This document shows, one piece after another, positions 25,868 through 33,212 of a DNA stretch of 33,212 bases. Both the position numbers and the translations under genes were made by a program. The stretch is from Bacteroidota bacterium (GTDB lineage: Bacteria > Bacteroidota > Bacteroidia > Chitinophagales > Chitinophagaceae), in contig JAURLW010000105.1 in NCBI GenBank assembly GCA_030831005.1, positions 1 through 33,212 on the forward strand, in the 5' to 3' direction. How positions within the stretch are numbered: position 1 is the stretch's first letter; every line of letters starts with the position of its first letter. The notes below the pieces were generated by a model. That model saw only the letters and a list, made by a program, of their open reading frames with translations, searched no databases and was not told the DNA's origin.

Positions 25868-26998
25868 CTACAATCTGTTTTTTAATTTAGGAAGTACTTG
25901 CTGTTTCCAAGAAGCAAAATCTCCTTCTAAAATATGCTTTCTGGCTTCTTTTACCAAAGCTAAATAGAAAGATAAATTATGAACGCTCGCAATTTGAAGC
26001 GCCAATAATTCTTTAGCAATAAACAAATGGCGTAAATACGCTTTTGAATAGACATCACTCATACCATTAGATAAGCTAGCATCGATAGCACTAAAATCGT
26101 CTTGCCATTTTTTATTCTTGATATTAATAACGCCTTCCCAAGTAAACAACATACCATTTCTTCCGTTTCGAGTAGGCATTACGCAATCAAACATATCAAT
26201 ACCCAGTGCAATGTTCTCAATTAAATTCCAAGGTGTACCAACACCCATTAAATAACGAGGTTTATCACTTGGCAAATAGTCACAACAAAGGGCTGCCATT
26301 TCATACATCATTTCTTCTGGTTCACCCACAGACAAACCGCCTATTGCATTGCCATCAGCACCAATTTTAGCTATATATTCCGATGCTTCTTTTCGTAAAT
26401 CTTTATACGTACTTCCTTGTACAATAGGAAATAAACTTTGCTCATAGCCATACTTAGCAGGAGTTTCTGCTAAACGCTGCACACAGCGCTGTAACCATCG
26501 ATGGGTTAAATCCATAGATTTTTTTGCATAAGCATAATCACTTGGATAGGGCGGGCATTCGTCGAAAGCCATGATAATATCGGCACCAATGCTGCGTTGG
26601 ATATCCATTACATTTTCCGGAGAAAATAAATGTTTTGAACCATCTATATGCGATTGAAACAAGGCACCCTCTTCTCTTAATTTTCGATTGGCAGATAATG
26701 AAAAAACTTGATACCCTCCACTATCTGTTAATATAGGCTTATCCCAATTCATGAATTTATGCAAACCTCCAGCCTGCTCCAATACAGAAGTGCCTGGTCG
26801 TAAATATAAATGATAGGTATTACCCAAAATAATTTGAGCTTGTATAGCATTTTTTAATTGATCTTGCGGCACTCCTTTCACGCTTCCTACTGTGCCCACA
26901 GGCATAAAAATAGGGGTTTCTATAACTCCATGTGCTGTATGCAACAGACCTGCTCTTGCATTACTTTGTGGATCGTTTTTAAGTAAATTAAATTCCAT
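25868..26998 (-). CDS. tgt: Queuine/preQ1 tRNA-ribosyltransferase
   Basis: 376 aa; TDSGGYQV, MAFDEC, GGLSVGE, GIDMFDCVMPTRNGRNG. Collinear with my recalled E. coli Tgt sequence throughout. Confidence 0.95.
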   Translation of the reverse strand: MEFNLLKNDPQSNARAGLLHTAHGVIETPIFMPVGTVGSVKGVPQDQLKNAIQAQIILGNTYHLYLRPGTSVLEQAGGLHKFMNWDKPILTDSGGYQVFSLSANRKLREEGALFQSHIDGSKHLFSPENVMDIQRSIGADIIMAFDECPPYPSDYAYAKKSMDLTHRWLQRCVQRLAETPAKYGYEQSLFPIVQGSTYKDLRKEASEYIAKIGADGNAIGGLSVGEPEEMMYEMAALCCDYLPSDKPRYLMGVGTPWNLIENIALGIDMFDCVMPTRNGRNGMLFTWEGVINIKNKKWQDDFSAIDASLSNGMSDVYSKAYLRHLFIAKELLALQIASVHNLSFYLALVKEARKHILEGDFASWKQQVLPKLKNRL

Positions 26999-27067
26999 AG
27001 TGCAATAAAATCAAAAAATAGAATTGCTAAAATACGTTACAATATTGGGAATTGCACTTAAAAATAG

Positions 27068-27075
27068 CAACTTTG
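27068..27075 (+). promoter_or_regulatory. Near-consensus -7 box CAACTTTG directly upstream of the GT2 GTG start
   Basis: One mismatch to TAnnTTTG. It ends 5 nt before the GTG at 27081, and an in-frame TAA at 27078-27080 excludes any upstream start. Confidence 0.3.
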
Positions 27076-27080
27076 CATAA

Positions 27081-28199
27081 GTGTTAACACAAATTATTCC
27101 TCTTTTCGTTATTGCCATACTCATTATACAATGGGCTTATGAACTATTGCTATACCTAGCCTTCCATAAAAAAGAAAAAATCGCAAAAATTAATAATACC
27201 GAACCCATCAGTATTATTTCTTGTGCTAAAAACGAAGCCCAAAACATAGCTGCATTATTGCAAGCCTTGCAAACACAAAGTTATAGCACCGCTGATCATG
27301 CTCTTAATTTTGAAGTCCTAGTTATTGATGATGGTTCTACGGATGCTACTTGGAGCATATTAGAAAATGCAACACCCCATTTCCCACAACTACGCATTTT
27401 TAAAAGTGAGGCTTTTGAAAGTACATTTAAAGGGAAAAAGAAAGCCTTGGAAATAGGCGTTACACAAGCGAAACACGATGCCATTTTATGTATCGATGCT
27501 GATTGTATTCCAACAAGTAAGCATTGGGTAAGCATTATGGCCAATGCACTCAAAAACAAAGAACTGATTACGGGTTTTGGTGCTTACCAAAAAGAAAAAA
27601 ACTGGATCAATACCCTCGTGCAATGGGAAACTATGCATACTTTTTTTTGGTATCAACTCTTATCAAAAATCGGTATCTATTATATGGCGGTAGGAAGAAA
27701 CATGGGCTTTCGTAAAGCACTATTTTTAAAGGCAAATCAACATCCTTTATGGCAACAAGTGCCTTATGGCGATGATGATTTATTGGTGCGCATTGCCGCT
27801 ACTTCCCAAAACTATGCCGTTGTAAGAAGTCCCCATTCTTATACGCTAAGCAAAGCTCCTGAAAGCTTTCAGCAATGGATGCAACAGAAAAAGAGACACC
27901 TAAGTACCGGCAAATATTATCATAAAAAGGTGCAAATCCTTTTAGGCACCTATGCTTTAACGCAAGGCCTTTGGTGGATTTGCCTACTTTTTCTATCCGT
28001 ATTTTGTTCGCCCTTGATCCTATGCCTATTGGTGGCACGCTTAGTTGCTCACTTATTTATATTGAGCGCATTTCAAAAGCAACAAGGCCTATCTAGTAGC
28101 CTGTTTAAAAACTTATTAGGCGAATTTTTATGGGCCATTTATAATTGTATCTTTGCACCTTATATCTTTTTTAAAAATTACCAATCGTGGAAATCATAA
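27081..28199 (+). CDS. Family-2 glycosyltransferase with N-terminal and C-terminal TM segments
   Basis: 372 aa with a GTG start. ISIISCAKNE, VIDDGSTD, CIDADC (DxD) and a QxxRW-like QQKKRH. Confidence 0.75.
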   Translation: MLTQIIPLFVIAILIIQWAYELLLYLAFHKKEKIAKINNTEPISIISCAKNEAQNIAALLQALQTQSYSTADHALNFEVLVIDDGSTDATWSILENATPHFPQLRIFKSEAFESTFKGKKKALEIGVTQAKHDAILCIDADCIPTSKHWVSIMANALKNKELITGFGAYQKEKNWINTLVQWETMHTFFWYQLLSKIGIYYMAVGRNMGFRKALFLKANQHPLWQQVPYGDDDLLVRIAATSQNYAVVRSPHSYTLSKAPESFQQWMQQKKRHLSTGKYYHKKVQILLGTYALTQGLWWICLLFLSVFCSPLILCLLVARLVAHLFILSAFQKQQGLSSSLFKNLLGEFLWAIYNCIFAPYIFFKNYQSWKS

Positions 28200-28813
28200 C
28201 TAAATACTTTAGCGATTTTACTCCCCAACAAGTAGACCAATTGAAGGCTTTGGGTGAATTATATCCTAGTTGGAATAAGAAAATAAATGTTATTTCTAGA
28301 AAAGATATTGACCAATTATATATCCGTCACTTATTGCATTCTTTAGCTATTGCTACGATTTGCCAATTTGAAGATGGCGCACAAGTTATTGACATTGGCA
28401 CAGGCGGTGGTTTCCCAGGCATACCCTTAGCTATATTCTTTCCTAATGTAGAATTCTTATTGGTAGATTCGATCGGTAAAAAAATTACCGTTGTGCAAGA
28501 AATTGCTCAAGCTATTGGATTAAAAAATGTTACCGCTATTCATTCAAGAGCAGAACAAATAAAAAATCGCAGTTTCGATTTTGCAGTCTCTAGAGCCGTA
28601 GCTCCTCTATTGGATTTATGGACTTGGGCAGCTCCTTTACTTAAAAAAGGCCATGCTAGTGACACGCTTGCTAATGGTTTAATCTGCTTAAAAGGTGGCG
28701 ACTTAAGCGCTGAAATTGCAGCTTCTAAATTACGTCCGCATTATTGGGACTTGCATACTATTTTCCCAGAGCCCTTGTTTCAAGACAAGTGCATTTTGTA
28801 TGTTAAAAAATAA
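28187..28813 (+). CDS. rsmG: 16S rRNA (guanine527-N7)-methyltransferase
   Basis: 208 aa with SAM motif DIGTGGGFPGIPLAI. The GTG start overlaps the GT2 3' end by 13 nt. Confidence 0.9.
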   Translation: MEIITKYFSDFTPQQVDQLKALGELYPSWNKKINVISRKDIDQLYIRHLLHSLAIATICQFEDGAQVIDIGTGGGFPGIPLAIFFPNVEFLLVDSIGKKITVVQEIAQAIGLKNVTAIHSRAEQIKNRSFDFAVSRAVAPLLDLWTWAAPLLKKGHASDTLANGLICLKGGDLSAEIAASKLRPHYWDLHTIFPEPLFQDKCILYVKK

Positions 28814-28855
28814 ACAGCAGCGCTGATTTAACAATTTTCTAATTTTTTTGCTTTT

Positions 28856-28863
28856 TATATTTG
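28856..28863 (+). promoter_or_regulatory. -7 box TATATTTG upstream of htrA
   Basis: Matches TAnnTTTG, 17 nt upstream of the ATG at 28880. Confidence 0.45.
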
Positions 28864-28879
28864 ACGAAAATAAAAAGCT

Positions 28880-30283
28880 ATGAGAAAACCATTTTTAAAC
28901 CATTTATTTAAGAGCGGATTAGTTGTTTGTTTTTCTATTCACACCCTCTTCGCTCAAACCGAAAACGATTATACCTACAATCGAAAAAGTGCTGCTCCTA
29001 TCGATTTCCAATTAGCTGCAGAAACTGCCACCAAAGCGGTAGTCCATGTTAAAGTAAGCACTTCTGCTAAAACCGTATATGCTCAAAACCCTTTTGGCAA
29101 TGGCTTCTTCGAACAATTTTTTGGCCCACAACAATATATCTTACCACCCCAATCGGGCTCCGGCTCTGGTGTGCTTATAGATCAAAATGGGCATATCGTA
29201 ACCAATTATCATGTCATTGCTAATGCCGAAAAAATAACGGTTACCCTTAGTGATGGCACAAGCAAACAAGCTAAATTAATAGGCACAGATATGGCAACGG
29301 ATTTAGCCGTATTAAAAGTGGAGGAAAACAATTTATCCTATCTAAAATTTAGCAATAGCGACCAAGTAAAATTAGGACAATGGGTATTAGCCATTGGCTA
29401 TCCACTCAATTTAGATGTTACCGTAACTGCGGGCATCGTAAGTGCTAAAAGTAGAAATATCGGCATACATAAAAACCAACAAAATGCTATAGAGTCCTTT
29501 ATACAAACCGATGCAGCGGTAAACCCAGGCAATAGCGGTGGTGCATTAGTTAATAGTAATGGTGATTTGGTAGGTATCAATGCAGCTATCAGTTCGCCTA
29601 CGGGCTCCTATGCAGGCTATTCTTATGCCATACCTTCCAATATTGTAAAAAAAGTAAGTGCCGATTTAATTCAATACGGCAAAGTACAAAGAGCGTTCTT
29701 GGGCATCAACCCAAAAGATATTAAAACAGCTAGCGAAGAAGAAATTAAAAAATATCATTTAGACGAAATTCAAGGTGTTGCTATCGTAGGCCTCAGTAAA
29801 AATGGTGCTGCAGAGCAAGCGGGTTTAAAAATAGGCGATCTTATTCAAGCCATCAATCAGGTAAAGGTAAATTCAGTACCTTCTTTATTAGAGCAAATAG
29901 CGCGTTATCACCCTAGGGACGAAGTGACTGTTGGTTATTGGAGAGACGGGCAAAGCAAAACCAGTACCGTAACTCTTAAAAGCAATGCAGAAACTACCGG
30001 TCAGAAAGAGCTTTTTGGTGCTTCCTACCGTTTTTTAAGTCAACAAGAAAAAAAACAATACGGCATCAATAATGGCCTTATCATTACCGATTTAGGCAAT
30101 GGCCCATTAGCCCAACAAAGCAATATTCAAAAGGGGTTTATCATAACGGCTATCAATGATATAGCCATTGCCACCGAAGAACAAATAGCAAATGCCATCA
30201 ACAATAAGAATTTCATTCAAATAGCGGGTTTTTACCCCGGACAAAGAGGCAATTACTATTATAGCTTCCAAATCAATGAATAA
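28880..30283 (+). CDS. htrA: HtrA/DegP-family periplasmic serine endoprotease with C-terminal PDZ domains
   Basis: 467 aa with a signal peptide. Catalytic triad in context: TNYHV, TDLAVLKV, GNSGGAL. Confidence 0.9.
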   Translation: MRKPFLNHLFKSGLVVCFSIHTLFAQTENDYTYNRKSAAPIDFQLAAETATKAVVHVKVSTSAKTVYAQNPFGNGFFEQFFGPQQYILPPQSGSGSGVLIDQNGHIVTNYHVIANAEKITVTLSDGTSKQAKLIGTDMATDLAVLKVEENNLSYLKFSNSDQVKLGQWVLAIGYPLNLDVTVTAGIVSAKSRNIGIHKNQQNAIESFIQTDAAVNPGNSGGALVNSNGDLVGINAAISSPTGSYAGYSYAIPSNIVKKVSADLIQYGKVQRAFLGINPKDIKTASEEEIKKYHLDEIQGVAIVGLSKNGAAEQAGLKIGDLIQAINQVKVNSVPSLLEQIARYHPRDEVTVGYWRDGQSKTSTVTLKSNAETTGQKELFGASYRFLSQQEKKQYGINNGLIITDLGNGPLAQQSNIQKGFIITAINDIAIATEEQIANAINNKNFIQIAGFYPGQRGNYYYSFQINE

Positions 30284-30343
30284 GTAGCAAAATTTAATAC
30301 CATTAATTGAGCAAAATCCCTACAATTAATAAACATTATATAT

Positions 30344-30351
30344 TATCTTTG
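30344..30351 (+). promoter_or_regulatory. -7 box TATCTTTG upstream of sucC
   Basis: Matches TAnnTTTG, 17 nt upstream of the ATG at 30368. Confidence 0.5.
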
Positions 30352-30367
30352 CCCAAATTTTTAACAC

Positions 30368-31582
30368 ATGAATCTGCACGAATATCAAGCAAAAGAACTT
30401 TTAAAAAGATATAATGTACCTACCCAAGAAGGTATTGCTGTTGAAACCGTAGAAGATGCTATTAAAGCATACGAACAAACAGCTACAGCTACCAACACAA
30501 AATTTGTAGTGATGAAAGCTCAAATTCATGCGGGTGGTCGTGGTAAAGGTACCATGAGAGAAGTGCCAGAACAACATGGTGTAAAAGTGGTAAAAAGTGC
30601 TGAAGAAGCAGGTACTGTTGCTAAAAATATCTTAGGCAATACCCTTGTTACGATCCAAACCGGTGAGGCTGGAAAAGTAGTAAGCAAATTATTGATTGCT
30701 CAAGACATGTATTATGATGGACCAAGCGATCGTAAAGAGTTTTACTTATCTATCTTACTAGATCGTGCTAAGAAACAAAACGTAATCATGTATAGCACCG
30801 AAGGTGGTATGGATATTGAAGAAGTAGCGCATCATACACCAGAAAAAATCCATAAAGAGTGGATTGCTCCAGGAATGAGCCTTCAAGCATTCCAAGCTAG
30901 AAACATTGCTTTCAATCTTGGATTGAGCGGTGATGCGTTTAAAAACATGGTAAAATTCGTTACTAATTTATACAATGCTTATGTAGGTTTAGATTGCTCA
31001 ATGTTAGAAATCAATCCATTGTTTAAATCTGCAGACGATAAAATCATTGCTGTAGACTGTAAAATGAATATTGATGATAATGCTATGATGCGTCATAAAG
31101 ACATCGAAGCATTAAGAGATACCAGCGAAGAAGATCCTACAGAAGTAGAAGCAGGAGCGTTCAACTTAAACTATGTAAAATTAGATGGTAATGTAGGTTG
31201 TATGGTAAATGGTGCTGGATTAGCAATGGCTACTATGGACATGATTAAATTAGCTGGTGGTGAGCCTGCTAACTTCTTGGACGTAGGCGGTACAGCTAAT
31301 GCACAAACAGTAGAAGCTGGGTTTAGAATCATCATGAAAGACCCTAATGTAAAAGCTATCTTAATTAATATTTTTGGCGGGATCGTTCGTTGCGATCGTG
31401 TTGCGGCAGGTGTTATCGAAGCGTATAACAATTTAGGCAATATCAATATTCCAATCATTGTGCGTCTTCAAGGTACTAATGCAGAAGTAGCAAAAGAATT
31501 GATTGTAAACTCTGGATTAAAAGTACAATCTGCTATCTTACTAAGTGAAGCAGCTAGCTTAGTACAAGCAGCCATTAAATAA
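30368..31582 (+). CDS. sucC: Succinate--CoA ligase (ADP-forming) beta subunit
   Basis: 404 aa; MNLHEYQAKELL, ATP-grasp domain, NIFGGIVRCD. Confidence 0.95.
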   Translation: MNLHEYQAKELLKRYNVPTQEGIAVETVEDAIKAYEQTATATNTKFVVMKAQIHAGGRGKGTMREVPEQHGVKVVKSAEEAGTVAKNILGNTLVTIQTGEAGKVVSKLLIAQDMYYDGPSDRKEFYLSILLDRAKKQNVIMYSTEGGMDIEEVAHHTPEKIHKEWIAPGMSLQAFQARNIAFNLGLSGDAFKNMVKFVTNLYNAYVGLDCSMLEINPLFKSADDKIIAVDCKMNIDDNAMMRHKDIEALRDTSEEDPTEVEAGAFNLNYVKLDGNVGCMVNGAGLAMATMDMIKLAGGEPANFLDVGGTANAQTVEAGFRIIMKDPNVKAILINIFGGIVRCDRVAAGVIEAYNNLGNINIPIIVRLQGTNAEVAKELIVNSGLKVQSAILLSEAASLVQAAIK

Positions 31583-31601
31583 GAAAAACAAATCTTAATA
31601 T

Positions 31602-31633
31602 AAAAAAGGATTGACCCTGGTCAATCCTTTTTT
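31602..31633 (+). terminator. Rho-independent terminator after sucC
   Basis: aaaaaaggattgacc-ct-ggtcaatcctttttt. Confidence 0.8.
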
Positions 31634-31642
31634 ATTGGTATT

Positions 31643-31680
31643 AAAATAAAAGCCCAATGATCAATCATTGGGCTTTTATT
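31643..31680 (-). terminator. Terminator hairpin after the T9SS repeat protein gene
   Basis: aataaaagcccaatga-tcaa-tcattgggcttttatt, a 16-bp stem convergent with the sucC terminator. Confidence 0.7.
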
Positions 31681-31697
31681 AATAACATAGAATAGAA

Positions 31698-32993
31698 CTA
31701 TTCTACAACAACACCTTTGAAGGTATAATCTTGACCTTGAATGCGAGCTCTAATAATATAGATTTTATTAGCATCTACTTCTACAGGGATTGCCGTATTA
31801 GTAGTTACATTATTTGTAGTAAATACGTTACGACCAATGATATCAAAAATTTGTAATGACTCAATATTCATTTTATCGTTAGTAAACAATTTTACTTGAT
31901 TTTTTGCTAAGCTCATGCCTACTTTTTCAGTTGCAATACCAGGAATATTGGTTGTATTACAAGCAACACAACTTTTCCAAGTAGCACATAAAGTAGTATC
32001 ATTACTTTTTATTTTAGTAAGACGGTTAGTGTATTGTGTATTACCGTTAGTACATGTCCAAGTTGAATTTAAAACTTCTTTAGTACCCGTACCGTTTACA
32101 AATAAATATTCGATATCTTGATTAGAAGCCATTGGAATAGTAACCTCATAAGTATTGTTACCTACAGAAGTCATTTGAGTTCCAGGGAAATTAGACCAGT
32201 TACTCCAGCTACCGAAAACATAAACAGGAGTAGAGTCTGGGCTCTTCACTTGGAATTTAACATTGATGTTTGATGGAACTACTGAATTACAAGAATCGCA
32301 TTTTGCCCAACGACGACAAATAGTTTGGTTAGCAGTAGTCACGGTCAACATACGATTAGTATATTGTCCATTTCCATTGGTACAAGTCCATGCTGGATTC
32401 AATACTTCTTTAGTACCTGCTGTACCATTTACAAACAAATATTCATAAGTAGCATTTGCAGGCATAGAAATAGTTGCTTGATAGATACCGCCACCTTGAG
32501 ATGTCATTGCTGTACCAGGATAGTTTGACCAGTTGCTCCAGCTACCGAAAACATAAACAGGAGTAGAATCTGGATTTTGCACTTTAAAAGTAATAGATAC
32601 GTTTCCTGCAGGTGCCGTACATGATGTACAAGTAGCCCAAGTAGCACAATACGTGGTATCATTAGCTACAGTAATTGTTCTATTGGTATACTGTGCGTTA
32701 CCGTTAGTACATGGCATAGTTGGCGTAATACCTTCTTTAACGAATGCAGCTGTCCCGTTTACAAACATGAATTCATGAGCACCAGCGGTCATAGGAATAG
32801 TTACAGAATAGTAACCACCACCCATAGATGTCATTACATTACCCGGGTAATTTCCCCAGTTACTCCAATCTCCAAATGCAAATACTTGTGAAGAGTCTGG
32901 ACTTTTAACCACAAAGGTTACATTTTTGTTTTGTGCGAAACCTACTGCAAACATAAAACTTGCTAGTACGCTCAATAGTAGTTGTTTTTTCAT
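31698..32993 (-). CDS. Secreted protein with three tandem Cys-containing CBM20/48-like (E-set) modules and a T9SS C-terminal sorting domain
   Basis: 431 aa with signal peptide MKKQLLLSVLASFMFAVGFAQ. There are three units of about 110 aa, each with the pattern V..FG.WSNW...PG..MTS.G...Y...I.M......E..FVNGT...CTNGN.QYTNR......C..W..C..C. The last ~75 aa (...LQIFDIIGRNVF...IYIIRARIQGQDYTFKGVVVE) resemble a type-A T9SS CTD. Confidence 0.8.
   Translation of the reverse strand: MKKQLLLSVLASFMFAVGFAQNKNVTFVVKSPDSSQVFAFGDWSNWGNYPGNVMTSMGGGYYSVTIPMTAGAHEFMFVNGTAAFVKEGITPTMPCTNGNAQYTNRTITVANDTTYCATWATCTSCTAPAGNVSITFKVQNPDSTPVYVFGSWSNWSNYPGTAMTSQGGGIYQATISMPANATYEYLFVNGTAGTKEVLNPAWTCTNGNGQYTNRMLTVTTANQTICRRWAKCDSCNSVVPSNINVKFQVKSPDSTPVYVFGSWSNWSNFPGTQMTSVGNNTYEVTIPMASNQDIEYLFVNGTGTKEVLNSTWTCTNGNTQYTNRLTKIKSNDTTLCATWKSCVACNTTNIPGIATEKVGMSLAKNQVKLFTNDKMNIESLQIFDIIGRNVFTTNNVTTNTAIPVEVDANKIYIIRARIQGQDYTFKGVVVE
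31959..32924 (-). repeat. Three tandem coding repeats (about 327-333 nt each) inside the T9SS protein gene
   Basis: Units 2 and 3 are offset by exactly 333 nt; for example gaccagtt[a/g]ctccagctaccgaaaacataaacaggagtaga occurs at 32194 and at 32527. Each unit has 4 Cys at conserved positions. Confidence 0.85.
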
Positions 32994-33023
32994 AGTTGTT
33001 TTGTTTTGTTGTTAATAAAAATT

Positions 33024-33212
33024 TTAAAGGGGTATATAATTAAAAGATTTAATGATGACTTCTACTTCTTTATTGTTTGATGGACCAAGACCATTTAATA
33101 ACCACAAATTCATTCTAGCATGGGTACTGTCTTCAGGTGCAGGAATAACCACAGGATTAGAGGTTCTATTACCTTCAATTTTTGTTCGAGTAATATTGTT
33201 TTTATCATAGCT
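33024..33212 (-). CDS. C-terminal 62 codons of a probable GH16-like (concanavalin-fold) glycoside hydrolase; the ORF enters from the right window edge
   Basis: The minus frame is open from 33212 to the TAA at 33026-33024. Translation: SYDKNNITRTKIEGNRTSNPVVIPAPEDSTHARMNLWLLNGLGPSNNKEVEVIIKSFNYIPL. ARMNLWLLNGLG resembles the lichenase/GH16 C-terminal KIMMNLWNGTG motif. It lies 30 nt upstream of the T9SS repeat gene. Confidence 0.4.
   Translation of the reverse strand, partial: SYDKNNITRTKIEGNRTSNPVVIPAPEDSTHARMNLWLLNGLGPSNNKEVEVIIKSFNYIPL

Noticed and set aside
30368-31633. sucC without an adjacent sucD (a terminator follows directly)
   Set aside because: Unlinked sucC and sucD genes are, as far as I recall, common in Bacteroidota, so this is not evidence of gene loss.

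Overview
AT-rich Bacteroidota chromosome segment. The lineage call rests on TAnnTTTG -7 promoter boxes upstream of at least 10 genes, a T9SS-type C-terminal sorting domain, a type-2 IleRS and a mitochondrial-type citrate synthase. The window is almost entirely core housekeeping genes: ileS, a GH53 galactanase lipoprotein, glmM-like mutase, recA, rpsG, rpsL, trxA, dnaE, pabB, purA, tRNA-Cys, a nucleoside phosphorylase, lgt, a deoxyhypusine-synthase-like gene, gltA, an LptF/G permease, tgt, a GT2 glycosyltransferase, rsmG, htrA and sucC. The right edge holds a secreted-glycan module: a GH16-like C-terminus followed by a T9SS protein with three CBM-like repeats. I found no CRISPR array, transposase, integrase, rRNA or recognisable defence or toxin system, and no intergenic gap exceeds about 230 nt. 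I therefore do not claim a clear novel multi-gene system. Six things stand out. (1) An ORF missing from the track (1..702, minus, runs off the window edge) encodes a 36%-lysine histone-H1-like repeat protein 7 nt downstream of ileS. (2) A block-polyampholyte protein with repeated D(4-6)F motifs and an SSB-tail-like ...DDDDDDF C-terminus sits flush between purA and pabB. (3) IleRS has GIHH in place of the class-I HIGH motif. (4) Tgt lacks all three zinc-site cysteines but keeps its catalytic residues. (5) An IPExxxVDY-family gene is paired with a DUF2723/GT117-type gene. (6) A DHS-like enzyme retains the catalytic lysine. All family assignments are by eye from motifs; no searches were run.
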